DNA of 64,000 nucleotides from an uncultured Planctomycetota bacterium (GTDB lineage: Bacteria; Planctomycetota; Planctomycetia; Isosphaerales; Isosphaeraceae): NCBI GenBank assembly GCA_963823665.1, contig CAWGMQ010000010.1:256001-320000 (forward strand). Direction: 5' to 3'. A program made the translations under genes and the position numbers. This document shows, piece after piece, positions 32,078 through 41,330 of the stretch; position 1 is the first letter of the stretch; the number at the start of each line of letters is the position of its first letter. The notes under the pieces are model-generated. The model searched no databases. It was not told where the DNA came from and was given only the letters and a program-made list of their open reading frames with translations.

Positions 32078-33070
32078 TCACCGCGGCTCGGAACCAACCC
32101 GCTTCCGGGCCTGGAGCATCACCGAAAGCATCGCACGCGCCATGTCGTCCCGCCGTTCGGCATACTTCGCCTCTTCAAATGCACCCCCGTCATAAATCTT
32201 GGGATCGAGATACGGCATCGACACACGCAGGACCGAGCCCGTGACCGAGGGGCACGCGGCATCCGCTTCGCCGCAGACCATGAGCGCGGCAAAGCCGTGT
32301 TGCGGATTGGTGGAATCGTCGTAGCGCTTGGAGAACTCCGTCGTTTCCAGGGACACCTCGCCCGACTCGGGCGTTCCCCAGCACAACCGGTAGATCGGAT
32401 TGGCCGTTCTGGCCTCACCTCTGGGCGCTTCCTTGCCGGTCGGCTCGACTTCAACGCCGATCGTCTTGAGCGCATGTACTGTCCGACTGTTGAATGCGCT
32501 CGCCGCGGTGCCGCCGCTGTGAAAGCGGATCTCGGGCATCCCGTAGTAGGCCGCAGCGATGTTGCCCATCGTCTCCCCCAGAAAGCTCCGCCGGGAGTTG
32601 GCCGTGCACACCGCGATCACATCAAGCTGCTTGCCCGGACGGTAGTTCGCGGCGATCCACTCCGCCAGCTTTTGCCCGGCGAGGCGGTGCTTTTCGTCGA
32701 TCATGTCGAAGGACGTCGTGAGAAAATCAGCGTGAGCCCTGACCCTGGGCAACAGCCGCAGCCGGCTGCGCGGAACATCCGATTCGAGCACTCGCTCGAC
32801 CTCCGCCGGATTGATCCGGCCGTCGGCGCCGGCCAGCTTTTTGAATGTCTCGCGTTCCATGAGCCCATCCAGACTGGAAAGCTCCAGCTCGCCGTCCTTG
32901 CCAAGAGCCTTGAACAAAACTCCCTTTAGCCGCGGGTCGTTCGCGGGATCGGCCGCCTCGGCTGTCCCGAAGCGCTGAAGCAACCACAAGGCCCGCACGA
33001 AGGGCCCGGTGTCGCCGGCCGATTGCGGGCCAGCCCCCAGAGCCAGCGCCACGATGAGCGAATGGTGCAT
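32078..33070 (-). CDS. Low-molecular-weight PTP / ArsC-like protein with N-terminal signal-like and EF-hand-like extension
   Basis: P-loop VCTANSRRS (CX5R), SGGT, VCGEADAACP, YLDPK. Confidence 0.82.
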   Translation of the reverse strand: MHHSLIVALALGAGPQSAGDTGPFVRALWLLQRFGTAEAADPANDPRLKGVLFKALGKDGELELSSLDGLMERETFKKLAGADGRINPAEVERVLESDVPRSRLRLLPRVRAHADFLTTSFDMIDEKHRLAGQKLAEWIAANYRPGKQLDVIAVCTANSRRSFLGETMGNIAAAYYGMPEIRFHSGGTAASAFNSRTVHALKTIGVEVEPTGKEAPRGEARTANPIYRLCWGTPESGEVSLETTEFSKRYDDSTNPQHGFAALMVCGEADAACPSVTGSVLRVSMPYLDPKIYDGGAFEEAKYAERRDDMARAMLSVMLQARKRVGSEPR

Positions 33071-33178
33071 GGCGAACGATCCTCCTATTTGGTGGCCGTG
33101 ATGTTCGCGCTGCCGGAGTGTACCAGCACTCGCAATATTCATCCGCATGGCCGAATATAGTCGGCCTGCCGGAGTCGG

Positions 33179-34900
33179 TCAAGAGGCTACCCGAACGGCG
33201 CAATCGGCGGCATCGGGGATTGCGATGTGTCTTGCAGCGGTCTCGGGCATTCGGCCGAAGCAGCGGTTGAAGGTCATCAGCGTAAGCGCTGCGAGGGCCG
33301 ACGCGCCGAGAAGGTAGACAATGATCCAGAGGATCCAGGCGCTGCGCAGGGCCGCCCATTCGTGCGGTTGGAAGATTTGCATTGCAAGCGTCGGGAAAGC
33401 CAGGCCAATGATCGGGCTGCCGGCAGCGAAGCTGGGAAAACTGCGCCCCGGGCCCAATAGTCCGACGACGAAAAGCCATCCGATGGTCACGCCGCCGAGA
33501 ACGGCCACATTCAGGGCGACTGCGAGATCGATCCGGGTAATCCAGGTTGCCAGCGCCAGCCCGAGGCTGGTGACGGCCGCGCCATACGCGAGAAACAGCC
33601 CGACGATCAGCAATGCACCATCCCAGCGGCCGCTGTCGCGAGCCAGCGCGGCGGCCAGCACGCCGGGACAGATGGCCACGATGGGAACGGCTCGATACGC
33701 GCCGCACCATTTGCCCCAGACGATTGACCTGGTGCGCAGCGGCGTGGCGAGCAGGACATCCAGGTTTGCGCGGACGCGCTCCTCCCCGAGCGAAGTGGCC
33801 GCGGCGACGCTCAAGAGCAACAGGCCGATGCCGGCCTGGAACCCATTGGCGATCGACGCGACTTGACGGGGCACGGGCCTGCCACTCGAGATCAGGACGA
33901 TCAAGGTGACGGTAAGTCCGATCGACATTGCACCGTAAAGTGACCAGACACCGGCCGCCCAGCGCGACGGACTCAGGCGGTGCCACTCGCGCCAGAGAAC
34001 GGGGTTGGTGTCAATCGACGGGCCCGGCAACAGCTTGAGCATGAAAGCGGATAGAATGGGCGCTCGAAGCAAACGAAGACCCGGAAATGGCGCCGATTCG
34101 CCGCGAGGCGAGACACGGCGGAGCTGCGTTGTCGCGACCGTGATGAACGCGGCCGAGACGATCACGCTGACGGCGAGGAAAGCGATGTAGTCTTCGATGC
34201 CGACGGCGTTCGGCCAGAGGTAAGGGGCCGCAACGAGCCAGACGGGATTGGCCTTTGGGAGCCAGTAGGGCGGTGCCGGGCCCCCGCCCATGACAAGCAG
34301 GTAACCCCACCACATGGGCAGCGCGAGCAGCCAGAGCGCCCAGGCGGCGTAAGTAGTTAATAGCACCTCATGCGTCTTCGTTCCGCAGGCGGAAAATGCC
34401 AGCGCCGCAGCGCAACCGCTGATTGCGACTGCCGTTGTCACGAGCATCGCACAACCGATCATCGGCGCATCGACGCCACCAAGCAGCGACTCAAGCGCGA
34501 GAATCGGCATCGTGCAAAAGAGGATTCCGAGCACGGGCACGAGACGCGCGGCCAGCTTTCCCACCACGATCTCCGCGGACGTGAGATCAGTTGCGAGCAC
34601 GTGGACGAGCGTCCCGCGGGCGCGATCCAGGCAGATCGCGCCGGCCGTCGCCGCCGGCGCCGCCAGCAGCACAACGGCTAGTTGGGTCGCGGTCATCGCT
34701 GCCCAGAAATTCCGGCCGACGGCGGCCTGCGCCTGTACCGACGATTCCGAGCGGCTTCCAACTCGCACCCACCAACCCACCGTCAGGACACATAGAACGC
34801 CGAGAACAAACACCGATCGCGCGATGTACCATTGCCATCGCCGGCTGACGCGCAGCCATTCTGACAGAAACACCGGGCCAAAGGCCGTTCGCTTTGCCAT
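33179..34900 (-). CDS. ABC-2 type transporter permease with duplicated permease domain
   Basis: PAATAGAI..DRARGTL..L.TDL...EIVVGKL, NPVLWRE, EERVRANLDVLLATPL...IVWGKW. Confidence 0.82.
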   Translation of the reverse strand: MAKRTAFGPVFLSEWLRVSRRWQWYIARSVFVLGVLCVLTVGWWVRVGSRSESSVQAQAAVGRNFWAAMTATQLAVVLLAAPAATAGAICLDRARGTLVHVLATDLTSAEIVVGKLAARLVPVLGILFCTMPILALESLLGGVDAPMIGCAMLVTTAVAISGCAAALAFSACGTKTHEVLLTTYAAWALWLLALPMWWGYLLVMGGGPAPPYWLPKANPVWLVAAPYLWPNAVGIEDYIAFLAVSVIVSAAFITVATTQLRRVSPRGESAPFPGLRLLRAPILSAFMLKLLPGPSIDTNPVLWREWHRLSPSRWAAGVWSLYGAMSIGLTVTLIVLISSGRPVPRQVASIANGFQAGIGLLLLSVAAATSLGEERVRANLDVLLATPLRTRSIVWGKWCGAYRAVPIVAICPGVLAAALARDSGRWDGALLIVGLFLAYGAAVTSLGLALATWITRIDLAVALNVAVLGGVTIGWLFVVGLLGPGRSFPSFAAGSPIIGLAFPTLAMQIFQPHEWAALRSAWILWIIVYLLGASALAALTLMTFNRCFGRMPETAARHIAIPDAADCAVRVAS

Positions 34901-35229
34901 GCAAAGTTCTCCTGGGATGACTGTAACAACGATCGCGGCGGCCGAACAGCCGAAGTCGGAGAATTCGCGGCTCCAGCCTCCTCCGTGCGTGTTCGGCCGG
35001 GAATCGACGGGCCGGTGCGTGCGGCGCTCGCGGCCGTTGCCCCGCGGCAGGCGTCATGACATAATGTGGCTCATCCAATCGTGAACGATCGCCTCGATCC
35101 GACGCCAATCCATTGATTGCGCGTGACAGAGGCTCGAGGAAACGGCCCACAAATCCCCGGAGTGAATTGCCGGAGCTTCAGGTGACGAGCAGCGTACCGG
35201 CGCGTCCGAGTCGAGGAGAACCGACCGAA

Positions 35230-36315
35230 ATGAGATCGCATCGTTTCCTGGGCAGCATCGGAGCCTTGGCGGGCCTCGCGGCCATTTTCAGCTTGCCGCC
35301 TCGCGCCGCGGGGCAGGAAGTCAAGAGGCCCCAGGCTCCCGCGGCCGCCGGCGACAGCGTCAAGTCGATCGACGACGAATATGATCAGGAGCTTCTTCGA
35401 CTTGACCGCCGGCGGTTGGAACGGCTGGAACGGCTCGCAGCCGGCCAGAACCCCCCGGAGGCTGCCGCGACTTATGAACGGCTTTTCCGTCTGGCGATAG
35501 CGGGCAACCTGTTCCGCGACGGGGAAGGGGCGGCCAAGACGCTGCTGGGCCGCGGCAGCCCCTCGCGGACGGCGATGGCGCTGGCCCACATGGTGAAAAT
35601 TATTGCCGAGGCTGATCGGGGTGCGCACGACGACTCGATCGAGAGTTTGCGGACGGCGGTCGCCGCGAATGCCGAGGCGGCCAAGGGTGGTGCGCCGCGG
35701 GCGGAGCTCGCGACCGGCGAGATCGTGGGAATCTGCGAGGCCTATTATCAGCGGCTGATTCACGCAGGCCGGTACGACACGGCACGACAGGCCCTGGGGA
35801 TGATTCTTGCCCAGACGCAGCGTCCGATCCTGAAGGAGTTCCTCTCGGACCGTCTGGCGCGGCTCGACCAGGTCGGCAAGCCCGCGCCCAGGATTACCGG
35901 AACGGACCTCGAGGGAAAGCGGTTTGACCTGGCCGATGCCAAGGGCAAGGTCGTTCTGGTCGTATTCTGGGCGAGCTGGTGCCTGCCCAGTGCCGCCGAG
36001 GTCGAATCGCTCCAGAAAGTGGACGAGGCTTTTCGCGGCCGAGGACTTCGAATCCTCGGCATCGATCTCGACGCATTGCAGGAAAGCGGTCAAAAGCCAG
36101 ATGCCGCTATCGCGAACGCACGGCGGTTCCTGCTGGATTACAACGTCACCTGGCCCACCCTGATCAGCGGCGAGGGGGAGACCGACTACGCCAAGTTATA
36201 TCGCGTGACGGAAATCCCGGCGAACGTGTTGATCGCCAAGGATGGGACGATCGCGCACATCGACCTGGTTCATAAGAACCTGGAAGACATGGTGGCGCGC
36301 ACGCTCGGCGACTGA
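35230..36315 (+). CDS. Secreted TlpA-like thioredoxin-fold protein with CxxS active site
   Basis: Signal peptide; GKPAP, KGKVVLVVFWASWCLPS, IPANVLI. Confidence 0.85.
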   Translation: MRSHRFLGSIGALAGLAAIFSLPPRAAGQEVKRPQAPAAAGDSVKSIDDEYDQELLRLDRRRLERLERLAAGQNPPEAAATYERLFRLAIAGNLFRDGEGAAKTLLGRGSPSRTAMALAHMVKIIAEADRGAHDDSIESLRTAVAANAEAAKGGAPRAELATGEIVGICEAYYQRLIHAGRYDTARQALGMILAQTQRPILKEFLSDRLARLDQVGKPAPRITGTDLEGKRFDLADAKGKVVLVVFWASWCLPSAAEVESLQKVDEAFRGRGLRILGIDLDALQESGQKPDAAIANARRFLLDYNVTWPTLISGEGETDYAKLYRVTEIPANVLIAKDGTIAHIDLVHKNLEDMVARTLGD

Positions 36316-36373
36316 AGCGATTCCGTGGAGCCGATTACCGCCGGTGCGGCTGTTGCGAACCGTTCGACCGTAG

Positions 36374-37123
36374 TCAGGGCAAAGGCGGTGCCGGCGGGAT
36401 CTTGCGCGGTTCTGGCGGTGCCGCGGATTGAGCGAGCGAGTCGTAGAGTGACAGCAGAAACATGTGGAAGGCGTCGGAGACCGCGGGCGTGGAGCTCGAG
36501 CGAATCTCCTGGAGGGCAGGGCGGCCGTAGTCGAGCAGCTTCTGCCGCGCGAATGTGGCGCTCGAAACCGACGCAGTGATTTGCCGTTTCGTTTCCTCGA
36601 GCACCGCGAGGCTTGCCTGGTCAGAGACTTCGCGTTTCCCCTGGAGCTCTCCAGCGGTGGGCGATTCGCCGGGCCAGATCAGCTTCTGGGCGGCGTCAAA
36701 GAAGCTGGTGAGCGGCAGGATGGGGTTGCCGGCCAGGAGCTCGCCCCGCCGTGACTGCACCTGGCTCGTGTTTGCGGCGGAGGCAGCTGCGGTTCGCGGC
36801 TGGTAACTCGGCGGCCGCCGCCGGCGCACCTCGTAAGTTGATTGGAAGCCGGGATCGCGAAGCTTGTTGATAAACGAGTTGGGGTTGTTCGCATAGGGGG
36901 TGCGCGAGGGAACGCCTTCACGCGGTCGGTTTGCGGCGGCCAGGGCCTGCTGGTTCAAGTACCCGGTAGGAGACGGCACCTGATGAAAGCCGAAAAAGCC
37001 GCCCATACCCATACCCATGCCCATGTCGAATTGAGCATGGGCGTCGCTCGCGCCGAGCAAAAGCGCCGCGATGGCCGCAGAGAATCCCAGCAATCGCGGC
37101 AGATGCCGATCGGTCCTTAACAT
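36374..37123 (-). CDS. Secreted hypothetical protein
   Basis: Signal peptide ending AHAQ, Gly/Met-rich start, helical C-terminal domain. Confidence 0.7.
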   Translation of the reverse strand: MLRTDRHLPRLLGFSAAIAALLLGASDAHAQFDMGMGMGMGGFFGFHQVPSPTGYLNQQALAAANRPREGVPSRTPYANNPNSFINKLRDPGFQSTYEVRRRRPPSYQPRTAAASAANTSQVQSRRGELLAGNPILPLTSFFDAAQKLIWPGESPTAGELQGKREVSDQASLAVLEETKRQITASVSSATFARQKLLDYGRPALQEIRSSSTPAVSDAFHMFLLSLYDSLAQSAAPPEPRKIPPAPPLP

Positions 37124-37165
37124 TGGAAGATCCTTGGGTGTGCTTCGGAAATCGCGGCCGACGGG

Positions 37166-37776
37166 TCACTTCGACTGGCCCGAGGCCGCGGCTCGAGCAG
37201 GCGCCTTCTTTTGCAGATCATTGTAGTCCATCTTCGAGAAGAAGTCGCCGAGCGCGGCGGTTTCAACCTGGTGGGGCCGGGTGTTGGCCAAGGGGATGTT
37301 GCGAATGGTCTCGCCGCCGATCTTCGCCTTCGAGCCCTCGAGCGCCCGGCCGTAGACCCTGGGGTCGTCAATCTCATCGACGGCCACATTCAGGGCATCT
37401 CCCGAGAACACGTCACGCTGCTCGGGGCTGTTGCGGAGCCGCGCCTGGATCTTGTCGAGCTCGGCGCTGGTGCGCGCACTCTCTGGCTGGCCTGGTATTG
37501 CCGGTTGGCTTCTTTATTAGATTCATAAATATATTAATTAAATCGTATGATGGTGTCGAGGTTGATCGAATCGGCGATGGCGGTTGCCTTATTGTAGCAG
37601 CCGGCGCCCTGGGCATAGGCGCCCATTCCTCTTGCCAGGCTTCCCTCGGGAATGTCGACGCCCCAGCCGCACATGCCGAAGCCGCCGGGGTAACCCCATT
37701 GCGCTTGGGCCGTCGCCCCTTGCCCCGCCAATAGCGCCAGCGCGAGCACCGGCACCCATCGAACCTTTCCTCGCAT
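37166..37776 (-). pseudogene. Degraded secreted-protein gene (in-frame TAA, frameshift, probable internal deletion)
   Basis: Signal peptide ..AQAQWGYPGGFG; INLDTIIRFN*YIYESNKE; resumes in another frame as LRNSPEQRDVFSGDALNV. Confidence 0.6.
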
Positions 37777-38320
37777 CGCGATTGCTCCGCGCAAAGTGCC
37801 ATTCCGGCATGGTGCAGCTCGGCAGCGCAATTGACGATGGACCGATCGATCGGTCAAACAACCCATCAACAACCGGCACTGTTCACTGTGATCTCGATAT
37901 GCCGAGCGGACTCAAGATTAACCCGGTAGCCAGCCGCAGGCAATGGGCCGGCGGGCAGCCGGCGTCTCCAGCGGCAATCGCACCGGCCATTACGCCCATC
38001 AGGACGGGAATGTCATTCAGTCATATGTGAACCGTTACAGGAGACGCGATCACGAAGATTCGCTCGTTTCGAGCGACAGAGCGGCGCGATCAAGGCACTT
38101 GGTCTTGACCGGCACCCTCTCGATCGGTTTGACTCAATAACGTATTCTTAAGGAGATGACATTCAGGCGAGACTCAAAGGCCTGTCGGCCTCGCCGTCAC
38201 AATCTCAATCTTTCGTTCCGGCGGCTCGGCAGAAGTGTGAAGCCGCAGCACCACGAATGGTCTCCGGTCGAACGGGCCGGAAATCGCAGCCGGGAACGAA
38301 CGCAACAGGAAAAAAACACC

Positions 38321-40237
38321 ATGGATTGCACGCGTGTGATCGCTGCCGGCGCCAGAGGAGCGATACTCCTTGCCCTCGTTCTTATTTCGGGTGCCGGCAA
38401 CTTGCCCGCCCGGGCAGCCGATCCGCCCGAACTTTCGAACGCGACCGTTCACGGCCTGCAGGGCCATCGCATCAAACTGGCTGCCCCGCAAGGCGGAGCG
38501 ACCGTGCTGATTTTTTATTCCACCGAGTGCCCGATCTCGAACAGCTACAGCCCGACTCTCAATGGCCTTGTCGAGGGTTTCCCCGCCGAGAAGTTGAAGT
38601 GGATCGGCGTGTGCATTGACCCCGACCTGAGCGACGCGGACGTGAAGACCCACGCCCGCGACTTCAACTTGAAGTTCCCGTTGTCGCGCGACAAGCACGG
38701 AGCCCTGGCGCGAAAGCTCGGTGTGAAGGTGACGCCCGAGGCAGTTGTGATCGACGGGCATGGTCGCGTGCGGTATCGCGGCCGGATCGACGACCAGTTC
38801 GCCGCCCGCCAGAAGCGAAATGCGAATCCGACCGTAAATGATCTGAAGAATGCGCTCGAAGCGCTCTTGAGCGGCAAAGAACTGAAGACGGACTTCGTGG
38901 AGGCCGTCGGCTGCCCGCTGCCGGAGATCGCGCAGGCGGCGCGGCCGACCTATTGCAAGGATGTGGCACCGATCATTCAGAAGAACTGCCAGGAGTGCCA
39001 CCGGCCTGGCCAGGTCGGCCCATTCCCGCTGGAGACTTACGACCAGGCGCGGAAGCGTGCGTCGGACATCGCGGGCGTGGTCGATGATCGAACGATGCCC
39101 CCGTGGAAGGCCAACCCGCACGTCGGTCCCAAGTTCCGGGACGTGCGCACGCTCTCGGAGGCAGAGGTCGAGACCATTCTCACCTGGGCCGAGAACGACG
39201 CGCCGGAGGGAAATCCGACAGAACTGCTTGCAGCCCCCAAGTTTTCAGACGAGTGGGAGCTGGGCACTCCCGATCTGGTTCTCGATATCGGCGCCGACTA
39301 TGAAGTGCCCGCCAGTGGTGAGGACATCTACCGTTGTTTCGTCGTGCCGACCGGCCTGACCGAAGACAAGTACGTCTCGGCCGTCGAGTTCCGGGCGGGC
39401 AACCGCAGCGTGGTTCATCACATACTGGCATATGTCGACATTTCCGGCAAAGCACGCGAGCGCGACACAGCGGACCCGGGGCCGGGGTATTCCTGCTTCG
39501 GCGGTCCCGGCGACCCGATTCACGGCGGCCTGGGCGGCTGGGCGCCCGGCAATCGGCCGAGCTTTCTCGACGAGGGGGTGGGCCGGTCGCTGCCCGCCAA
39601 GAGCGATGTGATCATCCAGGTGCACTACCACACGCGCGGCAAGGCAGAGACGGACCGCAGCAAGATCGGCATCTATTTCTGCAAGAAGCCGGTCAAGCAG
39701 ATCCTGCACTGGAGCGTCGTGATCAACCCGGAGCTGGTGCTGCCTCCCGGGCAGTCCAACATCGAGGTCAAGGCTGCGTGGGAAGTTCCCGTCGACGTTA
39801 CTCTACGCAACGTCTCGCCGCACATGCATCTGCTCGGCCACGACATGCAGATCTCGGCGAAGTTCCCCGACGGCAACGTGCACGACCTGATCCGGATTGA
39901 CGACTGGGACTTCAACTGGCAATACACTTACCACCTCGAGACGCCCATGGAGCTTCCGAAGGGCACCGTCGTTTACCTGGTTTCACACTTCGACAACTCG
40001 GCGGCGAACCCGAGAAACCCAAACCATCCGCCCAAGGAAGTGCGTTGGGGCGAGGCGACGACGGACGAGATGTGCATCGGCTTTCTGGGCGTCACCAAGA
40101 AGGGCCAGGACCTCACTCGGCCCGGCGAAAAAGACGACTACATGGACATTCTCCGGAAACAGCAGGAGCAATACCGCGAGAAGTACGAAAAGATGCGCCG
40201 GGATGCAAAGGCGCGCAAGGGAAAGAGCTCGTCTTAG
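38321..40237 (+). CDS. Secreted redoxin + CxxCH + copper-monooxygenase-like multidomain protein
   Basis: STECPIS, TPEAVV, YRGRIDDQ, CQECHRPG, VVHH, QVHYH, PHMHLLG, WDFNWQ, DEMC. Confidence 0.88.
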   Translation: MDCTRVIAAGARGAILLALVLISGAGNLPARAADPPELSNATVHGLQGHRIKLAAPQGGATVLIFYSTECPISNSYSPTLNGLVEGFPAEKLKWIGVCIDPDLSDADVKTHARDFNLKFPLSRDKHGALARKLGVKVTPEAVVIDGHGRVRYRGRIDDQFAARQKRNANPTVNDLKNALEALLSGKELKTDFVEAVGCPLPEIAQAARPTYCKDVAPIIQKNCQECHRPGQVGPFPLETYDQARKRASDIAGVVDDRTMPPWKANPHVGPKFRDVRTLSEAEVETILTWAENDAPEGNPTELLAAPKFSDEWELGTPDLVLDIGADYEVPASGEDIYRCFVVPTGLTEDKYVSAVEFRAGNRSVVHHILAYVDISGKARERDTADPGPGYSCFGGPGDPIHGGLGGWAPGNRPSFLDEGVGRSLPAKSDVIIQVHYHTRGKAETDRSKIGIYFCKKPVKQILHWSVVINPELVLPPGQSNIEVKAAWEVPVDVTLRNVSPHMHLLGHDMQISAKFPDGNVHDLIRIDDWDFNWQYTYHLETPMELPKGTVVYLVSHFDNSAANPRNPNHPPKEVRWGEATTDEMCIGFLGVTKKGQDLTRPGEKDDYMDILRKQQEQYREKYEKMRRDAKARKGKSSS

Positions 40238-40360
40238 TCTGGCAAAAAGTCGTGACGCGTGGGCGATCTGGCGAGTCAGGAACGTGTCCGTTCTCGTGCT
40301 GCCTTTCTGGGCCCGTTCACGGACTTCGATTCGACAATGCCGGCATAAACAGGAATAAAC

Positions 40361-40390
40361 TTGCTTTTCGCTCGCTGCGAGGTGTACCAT
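40361..40390 (+). promoter_or_regulatory. Candidate sigma70 promoter for the leader and sugar-phosphate operon
   Basis: TTGCTT-18 bp-TACCAT about 55 nt upstream of the conserved leader. Confidence 0.45.
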
Positions 40391-40444
40391 GGCGACTGTA
40401 TTGTCGGGAGTCGACATGAGACAACCGACCCGCGGCTCCCGGAG

Positions 40445-40566
40445 ATGATCTGAATTTGTCGGATGACTGGACGAAGGGCAGCTCGGCAATCCCGGGTGGT
40501 CCGTCGAAAAGTAAGCCGGCGTGGTCGAGGACCTTGAGGGTTCTCGACCACGCCGGCTTTTTTTTT
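40445..40566 (+). ncRNA. Candidate cis-regulatory leader RNA (antiterminator/terminator), copy A
   Basis: Aligns without gaps to the reverse complement of 61971-62087 (18 mismatches in the first 80 nt by my count); upstream of the operon starting at 40707. Confidence 0.75.
40513..40566 (+). terminator. Intrinsic terminator inside leader A
   Basis: About 21-bp stem AAGCCGGCGTGGTCGAGGACC / GGTTCTCGACCACGCCGGCTT; its 3' end runs into a T9 tract (40558-40566). Confidence 0.85.
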
Positions 40567-40706
40567 CGCTCGCGCTGACTTCGCTCGGCCGCTATTCGCC
40601 AACCACTGACCTGAACGACCGGCCCGGTACAGCAAACGCGCAACTGCTCACTGGTCTCCGCGTCAACAACTGCTAATTTCACCAAAGTTTAGCAAGGAGG
40701 AATCAG

Positions 40707-41246
40707 ATGATGTCAGAAAAGAACTCGGTCGTCGCGATCTTCGAGTCGCACGGGCGGGCCGAAGACGCGATCCGCGAACTACAGCGAAGCGGCTTCGACA
40801 TGAAGAAGCTGTCGATCATCGGTAAGGATTACCACACGGAGGAGAACGTCGTCGGCTACTACACGACCGGCGAGCGCATGAAGTACTGGGGCAAGCTGGG
40901 AGCCTTCTGGGGCGGCTTCTGGGGGATTCTGTTCGGTTCAGCATTCTTCTGGCTGCCCGGCATCGGGACGGTGCTCGTGGCTGGTCCGCTCGTGGTCTGG
41001 ATCGTTGGCGCGCTCGAGAGCGCCGCGGTGATGGGCGGGCTCAGCGCCATGGGTGCCGCACTGTACAGCATCGGCATCCCGGAGGACAGTATCCTTCGAT
41101 ACGAAACACACGTGAAGAACGGCAAACTCCTCTTGCTCGTCCATGGGACGCCCGAGGAAGTGGAACGCGCCAAGAACCTCCTGGATCGGTCCGACGCAAA
41201 TTCAACGACGGTCCATGGCGAACAACTGGCCACCGCTGGCGCGTAA
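40707..41246 (+). CDS. General stress protein (YflT/DUF1269-like membrane protein)
   Basis: SVVAIF, LSIIGKDY, GAFWGGFWG, AGPL, ALYSIGIP; AAGGAGG RBS. Confidence 0.85.
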   Translation: MMSEKNSVVAIFESHGRAEDAIRELQRSGFDMKKLSIIGKDYHTEENVVGYYTTGERMKYWGKLGAFWGGFWGILFGSAFFWLPGIGTVLVAGPLVVWIVGALESAAVMGGLSAMGAALYSIGIPEDSILRYETHVKNGKLLLLVHGTPEEVERAKNLLDRSDANSTTVHGEQLATAGA

Positions 41247-41330
41247 CTCAAGGAAATCCGTGCAACACAAAGTTCCGGTCGGCCGCCGACCGGAACGTTA
41301 CACAGAAACATTCTCACGGGGAGGAACGAA

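Noticed and set aside
32727..33986. Long alternative-frame ORFs (also 55089-56228, 16550-17707, 8944-9930, 35071-36093)
   Set aside because: Arg/Pro/Gly-rich shadow ORFs typical of high-GC DNA that overlap better-supported genes.
40470..40520. c-di-GMP-I riboswitch or T-box assignment for the leader
   Set aside because: AAGGGCA is reminiscent, but the GCAAAC..GAAA..GACGCAAAGC pattern and the T-box UGGNACC bulge are absent; Rfam still needs to be run.
40276..40685. Antisense ORFs (KKPAWSRT..., DHAGLL..GPPG) resembling ORFs at 61709-62159
   Set aside because: The similarity is confined to the repeated leader and switches frame between copies; these are shadows of a non-coding element.
41272..41296. 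11-bp perfect hairpin between the stress gene and ppk2
   Set aside because: No U-tract and a single copy; probably an mRNA-stabilising stem, not enough to call.
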